A stretch of 64,000 nucleotides of DNA, taken from contig OZ116699.1 of NCBI GenBank assembly GCA_964199315.1, positions 26,598,001 to 26,662,000 of the forward strand. Reading direction: 5' to 3'. Position numbers and translations under genes: made by a program. Origin of the DNA: Orbicella franksi. Its lineage: Eukaryota. Of this stretch, positions 25,301 through 37,300 are shown one piece after another (positions within the stretch are counted from its first letter, which is position 1; every line of letters starts with the position of its first letter). Under the pieces are notes generated by a model that was not told the DNA's origin, searched no databases, and saw nothing but the letters and a program-made list of their open reading frames with translations.

Positions 25301-28300
25301 TTGGAAACAGGCAGCCGCTCCAAGTTCGGGTTCCTACTCCTGGTCCATCGGTCGGAGTTGGAAGATTCACTGGATCTGCTGTTCAATTTAACCCAACGTT
25401 AAATAACCTAACTAACACTGGGAATCCCCGAATTAATTCACTTAAATCAACTGACGTGTCCCAGACTCCTAGAACTGGGACTAATTCAATAATTAATAGT
25501 TATAATACAGTCCCGGTCAAGCCCCAGGAACCAATTTTACCCTATTTAACAAATGTAAATCCACCAAAGGATAACGATGAGTTCCAAAGACAGCGTCTGG
25601 CGCCTAATCAGATAGCTAACGAATTGACATCAAATGTAAACCTACAAACGCAAAGCCTGAGGTTTAATCAAGCAGCAGCTAAACCAAACAGTAATGGACT
25701 TTCCCAGATACAGAATCTGGGTCTTAACGTGGTTGCTAATCAACCTAGAAACGGTACAGAATTTGATGATGGTAATCCAGTAACTAGCCAACCTCCATAT
25801 AACAGTGAGTTTAACTTACCTAACTTTCCTTCTCCTAACCAGCAGTATGTTAACCCATATCTTAACCCAGGTGAAATGATACAGAGCTACGTTGGTAAAC
25901 CTCCCTTGACTCCCCCTCTTGAGCATGCGTACCCTATGAGTCATGAGCATGAGGCTCTTCTTCCGCCATTAAATCACCAGCAACTTCCGCCTCTCAACCA
26001 CAATGACTTGGTAGCTACCGAAACCTCCAGGTATACCGGAAGTGACGTTAATGCATTCCCGAACCAAGGTAAGAATTAATTTTATCATGACCAATCAAGA
26101 TGGCAGAGTTCGATGCATTAATTCCTTTTTAACCATTTAACCGATGCTGGAATGCTTTGTTGTCATTCTTAAATGAAATAAGTTGTTGTTGCTGCCAATG
26201 TGGCCCAAGTTGTGTCTCGCGAAGTTGTTATGTCTCGTGTAATGGGTTAACATGTCAATGCTATGGGGAAAATATTATCACTAAACTCTTGGAGAAATAA
26301 TGCAGTGATATCATAATGTGTAAGATAATGTTGTTTAACAGGAGTATGTCACAATAACAACAAATCACTAAAACAGCATCAGCTTAGGACTTATTCCAAA
26401 AGAGAGCATTTACCAAGTGCAGAAAGTTGCTACTAACCTCCCGTTAAGAGCCAATCAATCCAGGTTTTATAGTTATCTGAACGTTTTAAAAATGGTAGAC
26501 ATGAACGACAAACGTCATTTAACCGAACAAGACATTTCACACGATAACCTTTTGAAAACAGGTCAAGCAAGGTCCAATCCTGCGCCACCAATATATCCCT
26601 TCACCATCCCCCCTGAAGGACAGCAGGAGAACCAAGGTTACCATGGTTACCAAGGAAGCGAAAACAACAACGATGCCATAAAGGTACTTTGTCATTGTTA
26701 CTTGTGTAGACCTCACATTTTATGTTGATATATAATTAGTTAGTTTGTTTTCTAATCATTTGTAGTTTGAAACAAATACGTTCATTTTTAAGCCTAACCC
26801 TTTTTCAGTGTCTCAGGCCTCCATTTCAGACGCCTCTATTCTCAAACGAGGAAGGAATCGTGCTTTATCTATTTTTATTTTTTTAACTGGAAAGCTATCA
26901 TTTAACAACAAGAATCCATACCGTTATCACATAACTAGGTAACATTAACTCGTTGTTTCTTATTTTTCATCAAGACTAGTTCCCAGGCCTCTGCTCGAGG
27001 ATCTCTGCCATCAGCACAGTCTCCCTATTATCCACTCCCTAAATCAGCTAACCAGCAACAGGTATGATAACGGTGGAAAAATAATTGCTTAAGGAGACTG
27101 GGGCGGTGGAAAGAGGGGAACAAGAGGAGTATTAGACCACAAATTAAGGAATAACATTTAACTTAATCTGTAAATTAGACTAACAGGAAATCACACTATT
27201 GTGTATCTTTAAACTCCAAATTTAATCAGCTTGTTTTGGGTTGATTTGCCTCCTGAATGTTATAAGCAACCAAATACTAACCCTGTCTATAGAAAAATAG
27301 ATTAAATAATGTTCAGTGACATTCATAACAATAATTTGTTTTAATAGACTATTTTACAGTTGTCTGCTCAGTGACCTGGCCTTTGTATGGCAGCGAGGCT
27401 AGAGTTGACCTTGTTTTGATACAGACCTCACTGCTTTTGTCATGTAAATGCACCTAGTTAGCATCAGAACGACTTGTTTTGCACAACAAAAGCAGTGATG
27501 TCTGTATCAAAACAAGGTCAACTCTAGCCTCGCTGCCATACAAAGGCCAGGTCACCGAGCAGACAACTGTAAAATGGTCTATTCTTTGAAGTAAATGTCG
27601 ACTTTCTCATAATCACAATCACAATCATAATCATAAGCATAACCATAACCATAACCATAACCATAACCATAAGCCTAATCATAATCATAATCATAATCGT
27701 AATCATAATCGTAACATTATCCACTACAATCAGTCAACCCTTTTTATCAAAAAGTGGTGTAAAGTTTACGTTGAGGTTTACTCTCCTCCGCGCGAAACTA
27801 CGTCAAGAAACACGGTTATGTAAAGAACCATGTGCTCTTATATGATTTTTTATTCGAATTTGGTTTCTGGAGGTTTCAGCGTTCTTGGCGATTCTATTTC
27901 TGCGCATCAAAGAGCATTCTGATAGTGTAATCTGTATTGGGAATGGTATTAAATTACTGTGATGTCAACAGCCTGCGGTTACTCGTCAATGGTTTCCAGA
28001 GGGCGGACAACCTTATCCAATCCCATTGCCACCAGAAGGAATTCAGCACGTTCCAATAGACACAGACGACACTGTAAGATCAACTTAAAAACAATCTTAG
28101 TTTTAGAGCGTAAAGGCACACCAAGAGTCTTCAAAAACAAGAAATCGTTTGGGATAGACTACCACTGTTTTTGTAAAAGCAGTAGTTTTCCTTTCCTATT
28201 TCGTAAGAGACTATCATTGAACCAATTCGTTTAGTCGTTTGAGAACTAAGCAGTGGACGAACAGTCCCACCTGCTACTGATGGTACTCTAAGCCATCGAA

Positions 28301-31300
28301 ACAACGCGATTCGTTGATCCAATTATATCGGCAATTTTACCACGTTGTTATGCACCAATCAAATCGAAATATCAATATCCCTCCCTCGGAAATCTACTTG
28401 TCGACTTTTTGACACGTATAGCGTTCATTTTCCTTAAATGCCAACGTTGCATGAGATTCAACTGTATTGCTAGCATTGTTAACAATGAATGACGTTCTAC
28501 CAGCGTGCACGTACATGAACTAAACTTCTTGCGTCTCCTTCTCCTCGTCCTCTATCTTCTTCCTAAGAATTCTTCTTCTTGGTTTTCTTCTTCTTTAGCC
28601 TAAATGAGAAAGCTGCATAAATGTTACTTGTGTAAAGCAAATTTACCTTGCAAGATGTATTTGATTAGTTTCGTATTTTTCAACCGTGACAATAATTTGA
28701 TACGGTGATTTGATAAGGTTCCTCAGTCCTTCTACTACAGTACCCATGAAATTAACAGTCACAGTGTCTTTGAAATGTAAACTTTAAAATCCACCTATAT
28801 AAAAGTCGCGCTGTACCTGAAATTCATAGAATAAACTCAAAGTGTTTTGAACAACAGGAAAAGAAACAGAAACTGCCTTTACTTAGACAGTGCAAATTTG
28901 TTCTGCTGAGTTTTGCTACTGAGGTTTTACCAATGTAGTTATCTAATTTCCAACGTTTCCGACTTTCTGGGCACTGGAGAAAGTATGAGATCAAATTCCC
29001 ACAAGATGTCGGGTGGAATACTGATTTTTCGATTTGATTAAATGGTAACAATGAAATTTTAACAAGATCTTATGTTGTAAAAGTTATGCTCGAGTATCAA
29101 AAACTTAATCGACTGAAGGTGAGTGCTTAAAGACGAACTAAGCTCAGCTTGTATCATTTTATTGCCGCAATGGCATGCAGCCGATTGACAGCCAGTTGTT
29201 GGAGGATCCAAGCCCGTTCCCGTTGCCAATAGGATGGAAGAGAGGAGAAAACAATAAACCTGTAAGATCATAAACGTTAAGCAGTTGATTTAGAGAGTGT
29301 TATAATGAGTCATCCTGTCGAGCCTAAGACAAAAATAGGACTATTTAAAAGAGTGCGTTAAAACGTCCCAAAATCGTCTTTATCTCTAAACAGTTCACGT
29401 CATACATATCGCTCACTTCATGCACGTTACAAGGAATTGTACCATGCACCATTCCCTACCACGTCTATCGAGGTCATGTACATCTTGTTGCATATAAATG
29501 AGCTAAACTTCTTATCACGTCATGTCAAACACATCAAGGTGTCAAACTTACATTTATCTTTGTACTATTGTTATTGACTGGTGTTTAAACGTTACCGACA
29601 GAAACCGTGTGATAATGGTGATAACTGGTGTCCTTACCCGTGGTACCCAGTACCACTGCCACCAGAGGGACAGCAGAGCGATCCAATCAACCAAAGGACT
29701 CAAACAAACCCCAATCCAACTAACAACATTGGCAAAAAGAACTTAATTCGACCTAAACCAGGTAGGTCATGAGTATGGAGCCAAAGTTTCTTTGACGGTC
29801 AATTCAATAGCTGTTACCACTATAATCAATGTTCCATAAGGCTGGCACCAACTTTCAAACGCCGTCATTTTTGAATAAAAATAGCTGTGGTATCAGGTCT
29901 ATGCAGCTGCAGGAAAAGTGTTTTGTAAGTGAAGTTCATTTTACAGAAGGTGAAATAAGGCTGCTCAACCCGATATAGCATTGATATAACATTTTCAAAA
30001 AATGACTACGACATGAAAAATGTTTGTTGAGAAAATGCTGTCCAAAAAATTTTCAACAGCAAGGAATTTGAAACGTGATAAGACTATTTCTTCCATACAG
30101 CCGAAAATTAAAGGCCCCTTTGGTATGTTTCTGAGAGAAGGATGGCATGTCCCCTATAAGTAGAGGGCTTTCCCTCGGGTATTTGTATTATTTATTTGAC
30201 ACGTAAATACGAGTTATCTGCCTTTCTATCTTTCCTCAAGAAAGTGAGATGTTTGATATTCCAAACACTAGATATGTTTTCAAAGGATATGTAAGCGAGA
30301 ATTGCGTGTTGTTTTTACTGCAGACCTTCAATGCGGCGCCGGTTGGACTGGAGCTCTCGGTGACTTTGGTTCATTTTGTTACAAGGAGATTTTTGAACAT
30401 AAAACATGGGACAACGCTCATCACACATGCAAAGGTCTTGGCGGTGATCTTTTCAGCGTGACTAACGCCTATGAACAACGTTTTCTTGAAAACTTCACCA
30501 ATATTGAATCTTGGTTGGGATATCGGGACAAATCCCGGGACGGGACGTGGACTTGGAGTGACTCAAGTCTGTCCGTGTTTACCGACTGGGACAGCAGTGC
30601 TAAGGACGATCACGGCAAAGGTCGAGACTGTGTCTTGCTAAGTTCTAAAGAAGGCAAATGGAAAGATGCATCATGTTCACAGACTCACGAATACCTTTGC
30701 AAGAAAAAGGCCGAAGGTAAGAATATTTTGTAGACTGTAATATTAATCACAATTTATTTACTGTGAAATGCTCTTTAAGACCTAGTTCACACTGATGACA
30801 TAACGACAGAATCGCTCATGTCGGTAATGTGAACATCGACATAAAGATATTCTTTTTTCCTCATGTCGTTATGTTCATGGTGCTATGTAGCTATCATGCT
30901 ATTATGCCAGGATGTTCACACTGCAAACACAACAACATAATGCCCTTCCTATGTCGTTATGTTGCCAGTGCTAGGCTTTTAAGCAATTATTCCCTCGACA
31001 AAAGAACATTTACGTAGTCAGTTCAACAGAAATAAGGAGGCCATCGACGTTCACCAACTGCTTCGATCCATTTGAACTTGACACCAACACCTAAATTACT
31101 TACGCTACAAGTTTCAACCTTCACAATTGCTGATGCTGTTTAAGGTACGTTTATACATTTTGCAAAGTCTTAGTCCTGATTACAGTACTTATAGTTTTTA
31201 TGAAATTTAGATTGCAATAAAGGCTGGAAGAAGCTGACCCTTAACTCAGTCCGCGGATGTTATAAATTATTCAAAGAACCAAAAACGTGGGAGCATGCGC

Positions 31301-34300
31301 TGGTGGCATGCATGGATGAGCAGGCGTCATTAACAAGTATACTCAGTGATGATGAAGAAACCATGATATCGCAGGTATCACAACGTTTCAGACACGTTGC
31401 ATTTTTCATAATGTGTACGTATAGGAAATTGACAAATTGATTTGAATTCTTGTGAGGAATACAACGATGAAGTAAAACGATGGGCTTACCTGAACTGCAA
31501 ATGCAACATAGGCATAGACTATCAAAGCGGTCTGTATGAAGTTGAAGAATGTTTTCCAATGCAATGTATTGCCCATAAATTGGTATGAAACATCAACTCG
31601 AGAAAGCTTCGTCGTCAATAATTTAATAAACAGAATTCATGTTAAGCAACCATGCAACGAAGGGTTAACTTTGCTTTCAACAGTCTGAATGTATGTCCCA
31701 CCGTGCTGGTTAACTACTCAAAAACAAAACTTGAAATAAATTGCCGATTATATTACTAATATTCTTGATGATAAAGTGCTTACTGCGGGCGAGGTTGGAC
31801 TAAAGACAGTTACTTGTGCCTAGGTGTATTCTAAATCTGACTTCTGGATTGGTTACAATGATATTGACAACGAGGGAGACTGGGTCTGGAGTGACCGCAT
31901 GACGTCTTCTTACACCAACTGGGACGACAAGTCACCTAACAATGGTGGTGTGTCATGCGCGATAGTGACGAGGACCGGAAAGTGGCACGACGAACCATGT
32001 CAGAGCCAGTATAGCTTTATTTGTAAAAAGCCAAGTAAGTGAATTGAAAAAATAGTGATAATATCAAGGAAAATCTTTGGAATTAAAATTCAATAATATT
32101 TCTGTAAAACGTTTATAGCATTAGCTTACTCAAATGAAAGTTACGACAACAATGATTTGCTTATTTTTGTCTTTAGATGATCGGACTATTTGCGTTAAAT
32201 AAAATGTATTCGTTATAGTGTTGAATTTTGAAATACATATTTGCTAAAAATTTTTCCTTCGTCTTAATTCCTTCAAAGTAATATGTGTATAAGTATTTCT
32301 GGTCCAACTGCCCTGCTGCCCGTTTGAGTGTTGTACTTAGGTCAACTGGCAGGAACCCTTTCTTGAAAACGTTGTAGATTAAACTAAGTTTAATGCCCAT
32401 ACCGATGTGAGTTTGACAATAAATTTTATTGAGCGTTTATATTTTCAGGTCCCAAAGGTCCTCATCATCCACTTAATGGTTAGTACAGAGTAGAGGTGGT
32501 TTTTTTTTTTTTTTTTAATTTTCACTTGGTACCCTATCTCATATTGTTATCGTATTGTCTTTTAATATTGTAGACGCAACTTTGACTCAAGAGGTTGAGA
32601 AATTTGTCTCTAACAAGTCATTACTGAATCCCAACATCGATACAAGCGTGACCATATTTGGAAGGCATTCAGGTGAGAAAGCAGAATTTTTGAAAATTAG
32701 AAGAAAATTTACCTTAAAGAGATAATTCTGATTGCCATCAAGGCATATCTTCTTGTAAGGCGATGTAATGTGTTTTAATCACCTGTTCTCATCAGATAAA
32801 TAAAGGGGTGCACGTGTTTTCTTAATGTTCACACTTGGTTACAGTTAACAGTTTTAAGTTTAAATTTAGCAAAAATGGCTGAAGAAACTGCAGATTTATC
32901 TTTCCATCTTGATGCGAACTGCACATTTCATGATAACATCGATCTTTATTTTCGTAGTGACTCCTCAATACTTATGGACGGTGCAAAAGATCTTTAACAG
33001 CCGCATTCACGGATCAAACCCAATTGCCACCCATGGTAACTTGAAATCAGTGGACGGTGGTCTTCAACTCAATGGAGTGGATGCATGGCTTGACGCAGGG
33101 GATTACTATGGACAGTGCTTGGGTGATCCTGATCTCTGTATTAAGGGATTCTCTTTTGCGTTACAGGTATCAAATCCCTTTGTATATTACAGGCTCTGAA
33201 GAAACGTTTGGTGCTGATCATGATAAGATCGAGGCATAGGGATTTGGGAGATGAAATAACAAAAACTGGATTAAGATCACTTTTTTGAGCTTTCTTGGCC
33301 AAAAAGAATAGGTTGCTAGGCAGTTTTGTACACAGTATTGTATGAATTTATCCTGACGACGGGCGGAACATCTTGATCGTGGAAATAATTCATAAATATA
33401 GTGAGTACACTTCAGATACATTATTCAAGTCGTTTGGATGCAATTCATTATACGACTGTCTGCGTTCCAGGTTCATTTCTCCATATCTGTGTCATTTAAA
33501 TTTACCTGTAATTTAGTAATTAACTGTTGGATGAATTTGTTTCCCTTAGCTTAATTTCGACGACGATGCTTTGTCTTACAAAGACAAACGATATGTTTTG
33601 GACTCTAGCGGAAACTCGCGAGGTGTGTCAATCTTCATTCAAAATGGCTCTCTGTTTTACAAGGTGAGATTTCATTAGGACAAACCAACACTTCAAATAT
33701 ATGTAGTAAGATGGTGCAAAATCTACAAGCAACCAATGTATTTCACACAATAAGACGAAACAGCGCACACTGCGACCACTAATGTAAGAATGACGGTAAA
33801 CAACGATATTTCGGTGTTTCTATTATAGTGGATGCAAATGGTCAAATAAGGATATCAAGCATTATTTTTGCCAACCTTTAATTGTACTCAGCTGCAGATT
33901 TAAGCTGTGTCATCATACAATAAAACTGATCCACTGTGTAGGTTGTGACCTCGACAAAAGAATGGCAACTTTCAATGGAGCTCGTAACCAATGAGTGGCA
34001 GGATATCGCGCTGACATGGAAGAAAGAGGAAGGGCTAATGCTCTATGTTAATGGAGCATTCAGGGACTCTCTGAAGGATGGAACAGTAACAAGTCTGATA
34101 CCGAACAAGCAGGCACGACTTACCATTGGTAGAAAGAGTGGAAACCCGCCCTTTAAGTATACAAGGTACGTAGCCACTACCGTTTGAATGATGTTGGTGA
34201 TAAGAGTGATTTTGAATGAGTTACAGGTCCTTCTACCAAGGAATCTAATCACTTAGAAACCCCGAAGACAAACATTTAGGTCTTGCAATTAAAAAAAATA

Positions 34301-37300
34301 ATAAATGGCCTGACGGAGTTCTGGTGTGTTCAATAGAAAAAAGCATGTAGATGATATAGGAATTCTAAGTGAGACCGTTGAACAGACGTCAAGCATGACT
34401 TGCCTTATTTAGGCTTCAAACTGCGAAGTAGTTTCAAAATGGCTCGTTACCGATGAAAGTTTGCCGTACTTTCAATCCTACTGAGACGTTAAAACCCTTT
34501 TCTTTGTATAAGCTATTGGCACAGCGTGATGTTTCTTCTTCCATAGAATGTACATCAGTTCGCTCTACGCGTTCACTCGTTTCCTTGCACCAGAGGATGT
34601 GCCGTATGTATTTACGTTTGATAATACAGGTAAGATGCCCTATTTTCTAACCTGGAGAACATTTCATATTAATTATTACAAGTATTTACCCCGAGAGGAA
34701 CAGTTTGGTGCGCGGCTTTCGATGCTATGTGTGGAGATCAAACCTCCGCTCTAACAATCTACTTGAGTTGAGCTCGCTATAAGTACTCGTCTCATTTCGA
34801 AGACATTTTTTTAGAAAACCCACAATCAAACTAAACGTTATATTGGATTTGAATAACTTGAAATCCTTTACAGCTTCCACCCTTGTAATTCGCAAGATAG
34901 TTGCTCTATCTTTTAGAGGGTGGCTCCTCATTCGTTTTCCTGTGTGGTTGCAAAGCTTTTTTCCCTCCTAATCCGAGGGTTGTCACTCGCAACCAACTTT
35001 AAAGTGTAAAATACGACAATTGCACTACACGATTCGACCACTCTGGAGAAGATGGTGAGATCCTATTTATTAACTGAAAACGAAAGATATAGATTCATGT
35101 TGCTAAACTAATGTTGTACATATGTGACTACATGACATGATATGGCAAATCCTTCCCACTAACATCTCGCCTGATTTTTCATGTCCATAGTTGTTCCACG
35201 CTACATGTGGCTTTTCCCTAAGCTTGAAGATAAGAAAGTAACAGGCAGCCCAGATATCGAAGTAAACGGACCAGTGAGAGCAGTGGATGGAGGCGTACAT
35301 CTCGATGGTCAGGGATCTTTCCTGAAAGTTGGAAGCTTTGACAGCAAATGTCTTCATGATCCTTCCAAGTGTCCCGATGGACTCAGCTTGAGCTGCAAAC
35401 TTAAGTTCAACCGGGTAAGATTCAGTCCCAACCAAAGTTCTTTTCGTCTGTATTTGTCAAGACAATTACAGAATCTGCTTCTTCTGACTTCTTTTCAGAT
35501 TATAACGTTAAACCGGAACAAAAACAATAAGTAAAGGAGTTAGGTTCTAAAGAAACTGTTATGCTTCGTTGGTGGGGAGGTGAAACACTTAGCAGTTTGT
35601 CAATGTGGAGTTGATATAGCTAAATAAACTGCCATAGCAAGTTTGTGAAGCTGAGTCGACGTTTCGTGCGTTATTCCTTAAAGTATAGTAACTCACTTGG
35701 CTCTTACTAAAAGCAGATGCTCGAAACCTTACCTTCACAACTTTGCTACGGCGGTTAATTTACTTTTATCAACTCCAAGTTGATAAACAGCTAAGCGTTT
35801 AAAAGACTATAAGAATTTTTCACCATTGATGCCCTTGACAATTGTTAATTCGTGCTGAAACTTACACTCCAAGATGGATGGTAAAAAGATAAAGTCTGCA
35901 TACCTGCCAAGTGGCCCATCAGGCCGGAGCTTATCCCAATTTCTGTAGCATGAGGCGACTAGGAGTATTTCTACTACCCCCTGGATGGGATGCTTGTACA
36001 TCGTAGGGTTACTCCCAGCATTAAATTCACCGGTACCCATTCACACACCTGGGTTGAGAGAGGTACTTTGAGAGCAAAGCGTCTTGCTCAAAAACACGGC
36101 GCGATGTCCTTGTCAGGGCTGGAAAGCGGACCGCTTGATCCAGAAGCGATTTCACTAACCATGAGGCCACCGTGCCTCCACACAACAAGATGGATGGTTC
36201 TGAAGTAATCAAAGCATAACAGTCAGTTTCCTTTATTGATAGAACGTGCTTGAAGAAACAGCTCTAAATTGCCTAATGTAAAACGGCCTGCACATAGAAA
36301 CTCGAGGATTAACCCTAGTTTCACTTATTCAAAATTTGTTGATTCAACGTAGTTGTATTTGTGCATGTTACAGGTTGTACGAACTTACAAAGAGCCTCAT
36401 TACATTTTGGACTCCGGTGGCCATAAGAAGGGAACCAGAGGCCTGTCTGCATATCTCCTTAACAATAATTTGTACTTCAGTGTTGCCATGAGTACTGATG
36501 AGGACACTCTGACTTGGACAGTTAGAACGTCTATTTTTACTGTCAGGTAATAGCTACTGTAAAAATCTCTTAGAACTTGTTTTTACACTTTTTATTGGCA
36601 CTATAGGACATTACTTCCTTAGTATTCAACTGCATTAACTTGTAACTGCAAATGTAACCTTATCGTTCTCTTGTAACTAATATTTTAACCATGTGTATAT
36701 ATGTTGGTTAACTATATTTTTTGATACTGCCAAGTTTACTCACAAGCAAGGTGTTTTTTTCCTTCATTTCCAGATGGCAGCGTGTCGTTCTGAGTTGGAG
36801 TCTATCTGACGGTCTCTGGCTTTACACTGACAGTCAGTTCCGAGGCTGGACCAAGACTCCTAAGAGCGTACCACGTGACCTGGTGACCGAGAGTGCAGAC
36901 TTTATTGTCGGTCGTAAGAATGTTGGACCCGACTACTCCCCAGCAGAGTTCTCGATTGGCTCTCTCGCAGTCTTCCCGAGGTTCCTTGAGAAGAAAGATG
37001 TCGAGAAAATATTCAGTGGAAAGAGTTAGTGTCACAGTATATACATAAAAAAAAATTCAAACGTATTTTGAAGGAGTCAGCTGTTATTTTAGTTCCAAAA
37101 TGTCTCCGCGTTATCAACAAGAGATTCACTGAGCTACTGTTATGAAAAAAAATACTTTGTAATTTTGTTTGCTGTGGTGTCATACCGATACAAAAAGAAA
37201 TTAAGAAAATTAGGTATGGTAGTCAATTGTCTCCTTCTTGGCGAATCAGTGTGTACTAACTGTATACTCCATGTCGCTTTAAAAAATGTTTTGAGCCTAA

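Noticed and set aside
27524-27724. Ile/Met/Val-rich hydrophobic ORF
   Set aside because: Translation of a hexanucleotide microsatellite plus a MITE arm.
31019-31145. Extra Gene B exon between the lectin domains
   Set aside because: All three frames between the candidate acceptor and donor contain stops.
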